DNA of 64,000 nt, taken from positions 2,976,001 to 3,040,000 of the forward strand of contig OZ287068.1 of assembly GCA_965645245.1 (NCBI GenBank), in the 5' to 3' direction. The notes below the pieces were generated by a model. The model had not been told where the DNA came from and made no database searches. It saw nothing but the letters and a program-made list of their open reading frames with translations. This stretch comes from Massalongia carnosa (Eukaryota). A program made the translations under genes and the position numbers. Positions 1-18,061 of this stretch are shown one piece after another; the first letter of the stretch is position 1; each line of letters opens with the position of its first letter.

Positions 1-2788
1 TAGAGATTCCTTCGAAGACCCCTTATCAGGTCATCCAAGAGAGGCTTCTTGAGGATAAAGGTGAACCAATGCTCGTTGATACCCCTGACTCGAACATATC
101 AGGGCCGATTGAGAAGTCGTCTCCCATGGCCGCGACTGAAGCACATGAGAAGGACAACGTCATAACAGAGCCCGGCGCTGCAATAATACAGTCTACCTTA
201 CCACAAGTAGCCAATGATCTAGAGATTTTGCCTGAAGCACCAACGCTTGCAGCTCAGGGTTCGAATGGTCGACCCTCAATTTCATTTGAAAATTACAGGA
301 ACCAAACAGTCCCAACCCCTATAAATGTATTGTCTAATGTAGGTGTAGTAGCGGCCTCTGAGCAGGCACCGGCAAAGGTGGCTTCGCCTGAGAAGTTGCT
401 ACAGCGTAGAGGTGTATCAGATTTGCAACAGAAACCGCCACCAGCAGGGCTACGGTATCCCTACTCGGGTACAATCCAAAGCTCTGATGGTGTTTTTTTT
501 GAGGGTGCTCCTAGCTCTGCACCTAAGGTGACTCATATATCTACTTCGAACCTCCCAGCCATCTCCAACAAAGACACGATCTCGTCGATAAATACGGCAT
601 CAGCTAGCCCGCCAGCCGGGTATGACAACGAGTCGCAACACAACTCCCCCAAGCTAGCTTTGAGCACCTCGCCTTTGTCGCAAACTAGGTTTCCCTTACC
701 AACACAATCTAGCGGACCCGCCGCTTCGCCCTACCAGGATGGCGAAGTTGACCCCCGAGCCCAGATATCTTCATCTGATAATTTGACTGTGGCTGAACAG
801 AACCTTGTTACCGTGTATGATAGAAAAGATGTTCTCGGAACAATCATAGTAGGGCCAGACCGCCAAAACTTGGGGGATGTTAAAATTCGAGGGCTCGAAC
901 CTCAAATTAAAAAACTAATACTTGGTATAAAATCCGGTCCACGCCAGATGTATTTTTGGGTCCAGCATATTTGTACTGCAAAAGACTTTCAAGAGTACTA
1001 CCACAAGGTGAGCAGCTCTAAGAAACCATCGCTTTTGCGCGCAGCGAGCATTGTGCTGAGAACTCCAGCAAATATCACATTATATCGGAGCGGGTTATGT
1101 TCTTCCATTTGCTACATCAGCCTCTAATATTAAAAACATGGCTGAAACGCTTATCTTGCAAGCTTCTGGTGGCGTCTTTAACTCTAGAGAATTTTCCATG
1201 CTGATCTATCCAGTTGAGCCTGGCTTGGAGAGTTGGGAATTCCTTGGCAATGTGCAAGTCCCTGTTATACCAGGAGTAATGCTACGTTTTGTTCTTAGCA
1301 AACCATTACCAACCCCTGAACCTGAAGAGTCAAGGACTGAGCTCGTTAGAAATCGTCTCTCGGTTCGTGATGGTGAAAGCAGTACCAGTCTGGTTTTCCG
1401 TAGCTTGCTCGGCATCGAGCATGCGCGTCTAATCAGGCAGCCGATATCTGAACCGACAGTCAGCTCAAACAATTTCTTCCTCTTTTTTTCCGAGACTGCG
1501 AAACGCGAGTATCAAATCATCTACAAGTTTCTGGAAGAGCATCAAGCAAATATATATACCTGGCAAACCGAAGGGGCATGGGATTACTTTTGTAACCAAA
1601 TCCCAACGGGGGTAATTCTTGTAAGTATGACGGACGAGTCACGTATCATCGAGAAGCCGTACTGACGAACCCTCAAAGATCGAAGGAGGCTTCTATGATA
1701 TTTACACAATACCCAGACTCCACCTTGTACTTCGAAAGCCCCTAAATATATTTAACATTACTTTTCAAGCCGATCGTCTTGCACCCCATCCTCACATAAA
1801 CCGCTTCTTTCCTCACGGTGGCGCTATCCTTCTTACGGACTCCTTCCTTTTACTCTCCCCTCACGAAGCAGCCCGATTTGTAAACTTTTTCCGCCGGAAT
1901 ATCTTAGCTACCAAGCCGGCCGGAATATGGAAGCTATGCACCCGGCCCGCCATCCGTGACTATCTGCTTACTCTTATAGAGGAGCGTAACGTAGGTGATG
2001 GGCACGTGTACATGCAGATTTATGACAGCATTTGGAGGATGCTGCCCGATGAACTGATGGAAGACGACGAGTGGGAGGTGCCCAAGGACGAGGCCCCCGT
2101 GTACTGCATGAGTAACAGGGTCTCCCACTTCGACGAGGATGTGGGCAAAAAGGCCCACCAGAGAACGACCCCGACCAGGAACAAACCCGTACTGATCGAC
2201 AAGGAAGCTATCGCGCATAACGACGCCACGCTGGTTCGCTGGTTCGCCGGGTGGTGTATGACACATCTCGAGCATTACCGGCGCATGCAGGTTTTCTTTA
2301 GCCCCGACGACCAGCGCGAGGCGCAGAGGGCGGAATGGGGCCGGAAATGGAACCATGTAAGTTTATTTTGTGTTTCCTAAAATCTCTCTTTTCCATTGAT
2401 TCTCGCTAGCTCGAAAATACTATTCACAAGGGCGAATGTTTTTCTGGGAGTGTAATATAGAGGGTTGTGTTGTCCACTTTGTGCCAACGGGGCCCAAGAA
2501 ACAAAGCGGCGTTGGCTTGGTCCAATACGACTGCACACGCATGCATTAGCACACTTTTCTAACCTGTTTCCCAAACGCGCTTCACCCATAATACAGATCT
2601 CAATCTACAGCGGGGATGCGGCGCTCAACGCTCACAAGGTCTCCGAGTGGGAGGAGAAGGAAGCCCGGCGGCAGGCTGAGAAGAACAGGAGTGCAGGTGG
2701 CAAGCAGGGTGGTGCTGGGAGTAGTATTGCTGGGAATAGCAATGCTAGGGATGGCGCTCATACTAGTGGCGATGGAGGGGAGAAGTGA
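1..2788 (+). CDS. 5'-partial multi-exon gene; low-complexity region followed by a globular C-terminal region, possibly a Chp1-like chromodomain/SPOC-type chromatin protein
   Basis: ORFs 69-1127, 1138-1665, 2006-2380 and 2465-2788 join through GT-AG introns (1008-1068, ~1621-1677, 2357-2596); stop TGA at 2786-2788. Motifs FSMLIYP..W.FL, GAWDYF and FFPHGGAILLTDSFLL recall fungal Chp1-annotated proteins (from memory, unverified). No chromodomain is visible in this window. Confidence 0.4.
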
Positions 2789-3424
2789 GAAGGTGGGGGT
2801 TTACTTACAAGTGGTAATCACGGGGAAGGGTGTGGGGAAAGGGGAATGGAGTCTTTAGGTATCGTCAGCGAAGAAAAGCTGAGGGGGCTTGAGGGGGGAT
2901 GAAATTAAGAATATTTTCTTGTCCCTCCTTACGGGTATAACACGTCGGGATTACCGTAAGAGCGTGAGAAAGGGGGAGAAGGAGGTCTGATGTATTATTA
3001 GGGTGGATGAGTTCAAAGATAGATAACAGGGGACGAATTCTTCGTCTTTACGTAGTAGCTAGCATTTTTATAGTTTCATGCGCCAATGATCAGCATTAGA
3101 TAGGCTCCAAAGGTAGGTACAACGGGTATAGACCTCCTAGCAGGCATCGAGAAGGTATGGCTGATAACGAAATTCGCAAAAGTCTGGGAATCAAACAGCA
3201 ACCTCTGCTTCCATCTGCCTTTTTTTAATCTGGACTTTGCGAATAAATCAGTAAATGAAGTTTGTTCCCCTTCACTCCCACCTTTTTATCTATAGATACA
3301 AATCCCTCCCTTCTCACTCCTCCTACCATCCGCAGATGTTGCTTTCTCCTCCTCCTTCAATTCTATCAATAAAAATTCACATCCCCCACAAAACAAAACC
3401 TTCCAACATCATATCCCGCCCTAT

Positions 3425-5426
<2,002 letters not shown>

Positions 5427-5735
5427 TGTGCTTATGGTAAGAAAGAAACGAGGAAGGAAAATGGAGAGAGCGAGCAGTAGAGAACCAAGAAGCTTGAAGT
5501 AAGAAGTCGAGAGTGAGGTTTCTCGCAAGTCAGGTAGGAAAATCGATCTAACCGGATTCTACATTAGTTGATTTGGAAGTTAATTCACGACCTCATCTTT
5601 TCTTACAGGGACCATAAGATATACCCTTCGTCGCACGCTACATGCGGATCATCTTTAACTGAGGTAGAGCAGCTAGTTAGTGCTGCTATAGAGAAACCTA
5701 ACCTTTGTCCATTGATTCTTCACGTCTTTCTTACA

Positions 5736-6570
5736 ATGTTGCGCTCCTTACCTCGAGCTGCCCCAAGCTCGACCACCCTTAGGGCCCCCTCGATCCGCTC
5801 ACCCTTTCGACCTTTCAAGTCCTCTATACCCGTATGCACCTTTGATATACAACAGCAACAAACACGTTATGCCACAGCCCACGCTATCTCAAACCCAACG
5901 CTTGCGAGTATCGAGAAGCGATGGGAGATCATGCCCCCGCAGGAACAGGCGGATCTATGGATGGCATTGAGGGACCGGATGAAAACCGATTGGCATGAAT
6001 TGACGTTGCAGGAAAAGAAAGCGGGTGAGCTGATCTAAAGAGAACACGCAAGCCCTTTTGATGCGGACGTTGAGATTCTCCATATACGTTCTTTCATACC
6101 ATTGTTAATCTCCGAGCGTGCGACTTATCATGAACTTTCCCACGGCTAATCATGCTGCACCATATAGCTTACTGGATTGCATTCGGCCCACATGGCCCCC
6201 GCGCTCTTCCGCCTCCTGGCGAAGGCCGGATGATCTTTGGATACACCATGCTTGGCGTCGGCGTCGCCTTTGTCCTCTTCTTTCTGATCCGGTCTCAAGC
6301 GCGACCGCCACCCGGAACCATGAATCAGCAATACCAAGAAGCTACAAATGAGTATCTCAGGGTAACGTCCTCCTTCCCATCATGTAATATCCTAACCCAT
6401 ACAAACAACCTCATTCACTCTTGCTTGAATCACAACCTTTCTTCTTCTGCAATTCAGCTAACTTCTCAATCTCCTCTCAATAGAGCCAAAGAACAGAACC
6501 CATTACCGGCCTCTCATCAGAAGGCTACACGGGCAAGGGCCAAGTACAGAGTGCGCCAAAGCGAGACTGA
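5736..6570 (+). CDS. COX5: Cytochrome c oxidase subunit V (COX4/COX5 family)
   Basis: Exons 5736-6024, 6168-6361, 6484-6570; mitochondrial presequence, HAISNPTLASIEKRWE, WHELTLQEKKAAYWIAFGPHGPR, one TM helix, EPITGLSSEGY. Confidence 0.93.
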
Positions 6571-7158
6571 CGTCACCCGCATCCTCCTGTATTTTATCTT
6601 ACTTTGTTCTTTCCTATTTGTAAGGTGTTCAGAAAAAATCAAGCCTTATGTGCATCTGACTCATATCTGCCCCGTACGTACATCCGAGATTTTGCAACTA
6701 GAACGAAACTACTACTGTGATGGGCAAGAAACCGAGAAAAATTACGGAGCGACATCACATTGATTAGGAGATTCGAAGGCGTGGGGCGTATAGTCTAAAA
6801 CTTTTTTGTGTTTCTGTGTGGTTGTCTGTCAAGAGAGGGAGGAGGCTTCGTTTTGTAAGAAATATATCTTAAGGAGAATACTATGCATCCTTCAATCCTA
6901 TATCTATTCATCATCCCCTGATCTTCAATTTTATATACATTGGATAGGTTTCTCACCATAGGGCTTTTCAGCCCTACGTATAGAACTATGCACAGACCTA
7001 TATACAACGCGATTGAGGAATGCATAACCAATCTAGACGCCCATATCGATACTTATCCCATACTCCAAAGTTCCTTGTTTCAAGCCTCATGCCGCACGTG
7101 AGTCCAAAATTGCATCCAAGTAGTCATCGCGCTCATAACCCGTAACGATTAGATAATT

Positions 7159-9137
7159 TCATCCCATTACCCCTACCGCCTTGCCTTTTTCCCTATACTC
7201 ATCGAAGGTAGCCGTACCTTCTCCCCTATCTTGCAGGTCATTGCCCCGGCCCCCACTATCACCCACGTTCGTCGCCGCGCGAGCGTCCCAATCCTCCTCC
7301 TCGGCTGCGATAAGGGCTTGGAACTTATGCTGCTGCCCGCGGGCGAGGTAGATGGGCGCTTGTTTTCGTTGAGCAACGGCTTCGGTGATGAGAACGTATT
7401 TGATGCTAGAGCCTAATGCCGAGGGAAATCATGGTCATTTGTCAGCATCAGCCTCGTTTATCGTACACTCGCTATGCAGACATCATGCCCGCCCAAGGAG
7501 ATGGAGGAAATCCCTCGGGTCTGAGAACGTACCAGGCGCCTCGAACATCGTCTCCGTAAGTAGTCTCTCACAACAGGTTCGCAAACCCCTCGCTCCGGTC
7601 CCCATGCCCAAGCTGCTCTTTGCCACTTCGCGTAGCGCGCCGCGAGTGAATCGAAGCTCCACGCCGCTGAGCTGGAAGAGTTGCTCGTACTGCCGCATCA
7701 GACTGTTTCTAGGCTCAGTAAGCACGCGCACAAGGGCGTCCTCGTCGAGAGCTGACAGCGCAGCGGACACAGGGATGCGGCCAACAAGCTCCGGGATCAG
7801 GCCGTAAGCTTGCAGATCGGTGGGTTCCACTAGGTCGAGAGGATTGTATTGCGTTAAGGGGTTATCGTTGGGGGCGGCAGGAGTGAAGAAGGGAAGGTGT
7901 TTTTCGAATAGCTTGCTTTCTTCTGAACCGGACTTAACGGAGATGCTGGTAGCAATATTGCCCGAGGTGGACGAGGACGAGGACGAGCGGAGGGGGGAGC
8001 CGAAACCAATAGAGCCTTTGGCAATGCGGTTCATGATTAGTTTTTGCAGACCGACAAAGGCACCAGCGAAGATGAAGAGGATATTGTCCGTGCGGACATT
8101 ATAGGTTTCTGATTTGGAAGGCCCGGAAGTGGTGTTACTGGGCCCTGATGGAGATGAGTGGCCTCCAGAGAGGGGAGTATTTGCATAGTATGTACTCGAC
8201 GTAGACCCGGGACTTCGGGAGGATGACGACTTCTCTTGTTTGGCCTGGATCTGAAGTGTTGTACCCTCCACTATTTTTAAAAGAGCTTGTTGAACACCCT
8301 CTCCTCCGACGTCTTTTCCATGGCTTACTTTTGCCGCGCTAATCTTATCGATCTCGTCTAAGCAGATTATCCCCCTTTCTGCCTGCGCAACATCATAATT
8401 TGCAGCTGCTAAAAGCCGCTGCACGCAGACTTCAGCGTCCTCGCCAATGTATCCGGCTTGCGTAAATGGCGTACAATCGGACATGCTGAAGGGAACAGCA
8501 AGCACTCGAGCTAGCGTCTTGGCCATCAAAGTCTTTCCTACACCTGAAGGACCCAGAAGTAAAATATTTGTTTTGTCTAGGATTAGTGGAGATGAATCCA
8601 AGATTGGAGGGCTTCCCAGGGAAGGTGACGGAGGATGTAAGGGAATCGGTCCCTGTTGGCCGGGAAATTCATCTGCATTTGCTATGTTTAATGCTTGTGT
8701 TTGTTCATCACCCAGAATCCCTACTTACCTTCTAATGGGTACCCCTCTGCCATCTCTCTCCGTAGCCGCTGTTGCATCATATCCTCTTCTTCCTCTTCCC
8801 TGCGCTGGGTTTCCTGGATCCTCTGATAATGATTGTACACTGCAACGCTTAGAACCTTCTTCGCCCTCTCTTGTCCCACAACGAATTGATCTAGGTGCTG
8901 TTTGAGGACTTTTGGAGTCAGCGTTGGCGCACCCAGAACAGATGCATCACCAAGCGGTCCTAAGGTCCTCTGCCCAGGTTCATAGCTCCCAGTGAAGGGC
9001 TGACTGGTGAAGTCGGAGCGACGGAACTGAGACGAAGACCTTCTTGATGGGGACGATGAAAACGAGCGGCAGATCGAGGATAGAGCAATATATGAGAGCC
9101 GAGCATCCTGTCTGATGACAAGGGAGCATGAGATCAT
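7159..9137 (-). CDS. MCX1: Mitochondrial ClpX AAA+ ATPase
   Basis: [68 protein letters not shown]; last exon [11 protein letters not shown]... ends at TGA 7159-7161. Confidence 0.93.
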
Positions 9138-9640
9138 TTTGTCCTCCTACGAGTAGGTTCTCGTGAAGGCGTACTTTAAAACATCTCATGCTAATGTTAG
9201 CATCCAGCAAGGTAAAAAGTTTCAATGTCAAGTTGCTATCATTACTACATTCAACCATCATCAAGTGTTCAAGACTCGAGCTACACGAGTGGCATACCAT
9301 TCGGCTTGGTTATGCAAATGATCCCTGGCCCCACAATTGGTGCACAAAAACTCAAAACGATTGCATAAGGATTTACCCGTAAAATGACGTCATTTAGCAA
9401 ATGCCGATGGAGGGATGGAGGGGAAAGATTTCTAACAAAACCCCACCATGGACTTAAACTCAATTAAAGAAGACGTCCTAGACATCTCGGCAAAGTGGTG
9501 TGCCCAGGATAATCGCAGGTTAAACGCTATCTTTGCTACATTTCGGAGATCTCATGTGGAAACTCCCCAAACATTCATCCTTGCCTCGTATTGTACTTTC
9601 CCGTCTTCTATGCGGGCAGAGGTAAAGATACGTTCACTTC

Positions 9641-12056
9641 ATGGCTTTGAACAAGGAATCGGATAATTCTGTCTTCGGCGAGCCGGCTAATGATCAAGTT
9701 CCCGCTGATGGCACAGGTAGTGTGCAATCGCTAAGACTTGGAACAGTGGCTGACTATAATAGGTGTTATACAGCTCGATCCATGGCTCTCCCCTTTCAAA
9801 AATGCTTTGCGCAGCAGGTATGCTCGCGCTCAGAAATGGATAAAGACCATTGATGAGTCTGAAGGCGGTTTGGAGAACTTCAGTAGAGGCTCAGAGAAGT
9901 TTGGGTTTAATGTTCTTGAAAACGGGGATATCTTATACCGAGAATGGGCTCCAAATGCTCTGCGAGCATATCTCATAGGCGACTTCAGTAATTACTCTCC
10001 CTTGCGGCCCGCTCACAATTGGTCTCTCATCACTCTTTCTAGATGGCTGGGACAGAGATTCTACGCCAATGACAAAAGACGAATATGGGGTATGGGAGCT
10101 CAAGTTACCAGCAAAAGATCGGCAGCCGGCTATACCTCACAATTCTAAAATTAAGGTGAGCTGTTCTTGCCGCATCATGTTATCGAAAATACTGATGAGG
10201 GGGGTTTAGATATCCATGGTGATTCCAACATCTGGGGAACGAATAGAACGCATCCCTGCATGGATCACCCGGGTTACTCAAGACCTTTCCGTCTCGCCTG
10301 TGTATGATGGAGTATTTTGGAGTCCTCCGAAGGACGAACGCTATGTTTTCAAGCATCCCCGGCCCAAAAAGCCAGAAAGCGTTCGCATTTACGAAGCCCA
10401 CGTTGGAATATCCTCCCCAGAACTACGAGTAGCAACCTACAAAGAATTCACTAAGAACGTACTACCACGCATTCATCATCTCGGCTATAACGTCATACAG
10501 CTTATGGCTATCATGGAACATGCCTATTATGCAAGCTTTGGCTACCAAGTCAATAGTTTCTTTGCTGCAAGCAGCCGCTTTGGAACACCTGATGACCTAA
10601 AAGAGCTTATAGATACTGCACACAGCCTGCAAATTACCGTTCTTCTTGATGTTGTGCACAGCCATGCTTCAAAGAATGTATTGGATGGCCTGAATGAATT
10701 TGACGGATCAGACCACCTCTACTTTCACGAAGGTGTAAAAGGAAGACACGAGCTTTGGGATAGTAGACTTTTTAATTATGGCAGTCATGAGGTCTTGAGG
10801 TTCTTGTTGTCCAATCTACGATTCTGGATGGAGGAGTACCAATTTGATGGCTTTCGGTTTGACGGCGTAACGAGCATGCTATATAAACATCACGGCATTG
10901 GCACGTAAGTTGGAACTTGTATGCTACAAAAAATATGCTAATAATTCCCAGCGGGTTTTCCGGTGGCTATCATGAGTATTTTGGCTCTGGTGTCGATGAA
11001 GAAGGAGTGGTCTATCTTATGTTGGCAAATGAAATGTTACATCAATTATTTCCCAACTGCATCACGATCGCTGAGGATGTTTCCGGTATGCCTGCATTAT
11101 GCTTAGCTTTATCTCTTGGCGGTATTGGCTTCGATTATCGACTAGCTATGGCGATTCCCGACATGTATATCAAATGGCTCAAAGAGAAGCAGGACGCTGA
11201 GTGGGATATGGGTGCATTAACATTTACCCTTACGAACCGAAGGCATGGCGAAAAGACCATCGCATACGCCGAGAGCCATGATCAAGCGTAAGACAAACTC
11301 TTCACTAGTGTATGAGCTTTACTGAAGGAGATCTCAGACTTGTTGGAGACAAATCCCTTTTGATGTGGCTGTGTGACAAAGAAATATATACTCACATGTC
11401 GACTCTCTCAGAACTTACGCCTGTGATCGAACGAGGACTCAGCTTGCACAAGATGATAAGGCTTCTTACCCATGGCCTCGGAGGAGAAGGGTATCTAAAC
11501 TTTGAGGGAAACGAGTTTGGCCATCCGGAATGGCTCGACTTTCCACGAGCAGGTAACGATAATAGCTTCTGGTATGCTCGGAGGCAATTTAATCTTGCAG
11601 ATGACGAGACATTACGATATAAGTTTCTCAATGAATTTGATAGCAAAATGCAATGGACCGAGCAGAAATATGGCTGGCTACACTCCTCGCAGGCGTATGT
11701 GAGCCTGAAGAACGAAGTCGACAAGGTCATAGTCTTCGAACGAGCAGGGTTGCTATGGATATTCAACTTTCATCCTACTCAGAGCTTTGCAGATTACCGA
11801 GTTGGCGTAAAGCAAAGTGGGACCTATCAAATCATTTTAGACACCGACGATAAGGCATTCGGGGGTTTCGGACGGAACGTGCCAGGTACACGGTTTTTTA
11901 CCACACCGTTCGAATGGAATGGAAGGAATAATTTCACGCAGGTGTACATTCCAACACGTACTGCCCTTGTGAGTCATTTAGGATCCTTCTCCTTTGCCGA
12001 AGCGCCCTCGTAAGCTGACAAATGCATAGATACTTGCCTTGGAGTCCATGATCTAG
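9641..12056 (+). CDS. GLC3: 1,4-alpha-glucan (glycogen) branching enzyme, GH13
   Basis: [64 protein letters not shown]; multi-exon, stop TAG at 12054-12056. Confidence 0.97.
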
Positions 12057-12674
12057 ACGGGCGGCGAACACCGGCATCCTGACTATAGTAGATTATTGAA
12101 TTAGAGCCGCGTGTTTTCTTTATCAAATCCGCTCAAGCAGAATTATATATGAAGGACAGAGCCTCAAGCTATAAAGCGAAGCCTATTGCAGGTTGAGGTT
12201 AGTACTCTAAGTATACTTGTACAGAAGTACTTTATTTCCCAATCTTCGTGATTGAGGTGTAAAGCGAACGAATATCTGGCCACAGGCAGTCTTGGTGGCG
12301 TATCAGAAACAGTACATAAAGTTAGATGCTAAGAACTATGGCGAATACGTAGGTACTTAGAGGTAACTGATATGGGCGCTATTTGAGCCGTTCAGCCGGT
12401 GAGAAATTTTGGGAAGGCTCGGCATCATCGTTACCAAAAAAAAGCATGACGGAGCTAATCCCTGCAATCTGAATTAGTCGATCTCTGATAAAACCCCTCC
12501 ATTTCTCCTCCACTTTCTCAACAGAAAAATTTATCCAGTCAACAACAACAATTAACAAATAACCTAGCTCTACCGCAACTGCTTGGTCGCTTTTAAACCT
12601 ATTTCAGTCCAATGTTTGTTCTACCTCGCTTCTGTCAAAGGACTAGTGCTAATACCCTCGACAGATCACTCATC

Positions 12675-14066
<1,392 letters not shown>

Positions 14067-14838
14067 AGTTAGAGCGGAGTACCGATAATATCCGAAGCCT
14101 TTCGTGAGTTGGGTGCTTGGCCTCATAGGGATGGTCAATGTTGAGGCTTGTTATTCTGACAAAAAATAACGGTGCGACACATGTATCGATGTGGCGTGTG
14201 ATAAGTAACAAAAATAACTTATTTGCGCCAATGAAATCAATTGTTGCTGCTACTATTCGCTCATAGTGAATTCATGACTTGTCTGGCTGTTTATGTAGGA
14301 AGTTGGTTTAATACCTGAAACCTAGAGAAATGCGCTAATTAAGCTAAATACCGAGCTTTAACGAATAGGGTTGATACCTACTGAAAAGTACTCTTTAGCG
14401 TTCAGCAAGCTTGACTTGTTTTTCCCTCCACGTCTCAGAGCTCATTGATCGTTCCTTCTTTGGATCCGAGCTCATTGGTCGGCCCTTCGGAAATTTCTTG
14501 AGTGTTATTGTTGGTGCGTTTTCTAGGGTGTGTGATAAAGGCAGAAATTCCCGTTCTTCGACTTACTATATTCAGCAGGCCGGTACGATCCTGTAAATTA
14601 TAGACGGTAACTCAAGCCCACAAGACTGAGTCGTGCTACTGTGCTGGATCTTTTTTGGATTCCGTTAAAATCTCTGGTTTCTACATTCCTTTTGGTCTTA
14701 AATGCACATTGGATTTATAATGTAAAAATCATCAGTGGGGCTTCTTTGCACAATTTATAGCCCGTACTGGTACATAAACGATGTTATAGGGCCTCTCGAA
14801 ACAACACCCACAGTGACTGTAAAAGTATCGGGATAAAA

Positions 14839-17800
14839 ATGGACCGTCGTGAGGATGACTTTATAATACTTGATCCCGTGGCAGCGCCTCAAGGAGGTAG
14901 TCTGCAGGGTATTGGGAAGAACAAACATCGGCCCATGGTGGTCTCACTCGGTTCAGTCATCGAGCCCCATGCTGCTGGCTTGAATGGTCTTGAAGGAAAT
15001 CGATCACACCCAACCCCAGGTAATCTCAACGACCCGTCAACGCTATTTTCCAACCGCGACATACAAGCTTCACGCGATCAGGCAGTTGTTCTAAAGCGCA
15101 GCGCAGATTCACCCGGTTTTGAGCCATCAAAAAAGAGCCAGACTTCTTCAGAATCAGGCTCTAGCGGCGAGCTTGAATTAGATGCAATGCCACAACCTCC
15201 TACGCCGTCTCTTGCTAACTTACCCACTGGTCTCTGTTATGATGTACGAATGCGGTACCATTGCGAACTGGACCCCCCCCAGCAGAGGCTTGACGTTCAC
15301 CCAGAGGATCCCCGGAGGATCTATTCAATTTATAAAGAACTCTGCAAAGGTGGCTTGGTCGACGACACGCAATCAACACGACCCCTTGTTTCTGTGCCAC
15401 TACAACGCATTGCTGCAAGAAATGCTACTCAATCAGAAATCTGCCTGGTCCATGACACGAAGCATTTTGATTTCATTCAGAGCACCAAAGGTATATTTTG
15501 CACGTTTGAAGAGCGATGAACGTGAGCCTTGCTGATGCTGCCTATAGACATGAGTGAGGACATGCTGGTCCAATTGGAGAGGCAATATGACTCGATATAC
15601 TTCAATCGACTTACTTATGCATCAGCTTTATTATCTACCGGTGGTGCCATTGATACATGCCGAGCAGTAGCAGGTCGGCAGCTTAAAAATGCCATTGCCG
15701 TCATTAGGCCTCCTGGCCACCATGCAGAGTGTAACAGACCCATGGGCTTTTGCATTTTTGACAACGTCTCTATCTCTGCAAAAGTTTGCCAGGCAGATTA
15801 CCCGGAGACATGTAGAAAAATCCTAATTGTCGATTGGTATGTGTCTACCTGTTGAGTTTTCTAGGATTCCGCTGACTGAAGTGGATACAAAGGGATGTTC
15901 ACCATGGTTTGTGGTATAATTCATACTGCGAGGTATGTCAACTGATCTTCGCTAGGAAATGGGATTCAACAGGCCTTTTATAATGATCCCAACGTACTTT
16001 ACATTTCTATCCATGTACATGAAGATGGTAATTTCTACCCTTCGGGATCATACGGTGATCATTTGCATTGCGGTGGAGGAGTTGGGTTAGGGAAGTTAGA
16101 ACAGCGCGATTTCAGAAGCTTATGATTATGACTGATTACTTAGCAGAAACATTAACATTCCATGGCCTACTAAAGGCATGGGAGATGCCGACTATCTACT
16201 TGCTTTTCAACAAGTGATCATGCCGGTAGCTTTTGAATTTAATCCGGATTTTGTGATTAGTGAGTCACTAGAGAGACTTGAGACGAAAGGATCGCTGAGC
16301 CATTGTAGTTGCAGCTGGCTTTGATGCCGCTGCAGGAGATCAGCTTGGTGGCTGCTTCGTTTCTCCCGCATGTTACGCTCACATGACACACATGTTGACG
16401 TCACTCGCGAATGGCAAGCTTGTTGCATGCCTTGAAGTTTGTAACCTCGTTGTATATTCACATCCAAATACGGCTGATTGTCGCCCAGGGCGGTTACAAT
16501 CTAAAATCAATCTCGAAGTCTGCTCTAGCTGTGACGCGAACCTTAATGGGCGAACCACCAGATCGACTGGAAGAGACGAGCGCTACAAGGTCAGGAATAG
16601 CTACAGTACAGAAAGTTGTGGCATATCAATCGAGATTTTGGTCTTGCCTTAACGCCCGAGAGATAGATCAAGGTTGTAAAGCTCTCCTCAGGTTAATTAA
16701 TTGCCCCGCTGACCTTGACCTCAGATCAAATGAAAAGCCCTGGGGCTGAACGTATGCACGGTAATAATAGCCGTCTTCAGGAATAGCAGGCAAAACATTG
16801 AACCATGCAGATATAGTCCGCTTTTACCAAAACTCTCAGCTTTACGAAAGCCACAAAATGACAACGCTGTGGATCTATCGTGACCGCTTGTCGCATTTTT
16901 TTGAAAAACAAGTTATAGCCACGTAAAGACCCGCGCACAAAAAGTATTTGTACACCAAGGATTGATTCATGACAGGCCCAACTATCATAAAGCCGTACCT
17001 TTACTCGTCATATTCCATGATCCGTGAGCGTTTTCTTTACTATATTCTGCTATCCCGTATGTTTATACTTTATAGACCTGAAATAATGGGGACACCCAAT
17101 CCTGTGACTAAAAGAATTGACGTACACAACACTTGGCTGGTATGATTAGAGCAGGAGCTCCGGCTTTGCGAAAACCTGCTGACCTTCGGAAGGCCGACGG
17201 GCTGAAGCATTATGTGGACTGGGCTGCCAAGCAGGGCTTTGGTGTCATTGACGTCAATGTACCGAAGAATCTTGTAGGACCTGGTGTATGTGTGAGTTTT
17301 TGCAGCGGGATGGATGCATTTACTCACGATCATGAAGCCAAACCTAGAAGAAGCTGGAACCAATCGAATTAGCGAGCTAGAGGAGTTGGCCGTATATCTA
17401 TGGGAAAACTATATCGAGTATGATATGTTCAAGGGGCATTGAACCGTGTTTGCTGAGATTTCTAACTCGTATCTAGCTGCAACGACGCGACGGAAATCTT
17501 CTTTATGGGAGTTGGCAGCGCATATTACGGCATCATGCACCTCATCAATAACCGGGGTAAGTCGATGTAGGCAAACAAGCCTATTTAAGCAATTCATGCA
17601 GCTAACGTACCTATTTCAATATTCTAGGAGCCATCTTTCAGCGGGTGACCGGTATTATACATTTCATTGCTGATGAGGTCCTGGTTCCAGTTTCAGATCA
17701 GAACATTTATTATCTCTCCAAATGGTATAAGAGCGTAAGTGGCTAGACAGCCTTAAGAGTCACGAGCGATTTTTACTTTTCTTGAAAGAAACGCTAACGA

Positions 17801-18061
17801 TTTCCTTCCTCATTATTTACACAGAACTCATGCGTTTTCGTAAGCCAGTCAAATATCGTATGGAACTTACCTCCCGGCCAGAAGAAGCCATCGAAGCGAT
17901 TCGGTACGTTAGTCTCCTCTTCAGCAAAGGGAATGAATGAGATGTTGAAGAAGCACCAAAGCGAAATGCAGGCGTTTATCTTGGGCAAACTTGGAAGCCG
18001 AAACTTGATTGAGGGCGGACGGATAGGGCATGCCAACTCTAAGTCGGCCATGATGGCCTAA
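14839..18061 (+). CDS. HDA1: Class II histone deacetylase (Hda1/Clr3) with C-terminal Arb2-like region, many introns
   Basis: [48 protein letters not shown] split over exons, AAGFDAA, LE/GGYNL; stop TAA at 18059-18061. Confidence 0.95.

Noticed and set aside
2357..2596. Unusually long 240-nt intron as a possible ncRNA host
   Set aside because: No clear box C/D or H/ACA structure visible by eye.
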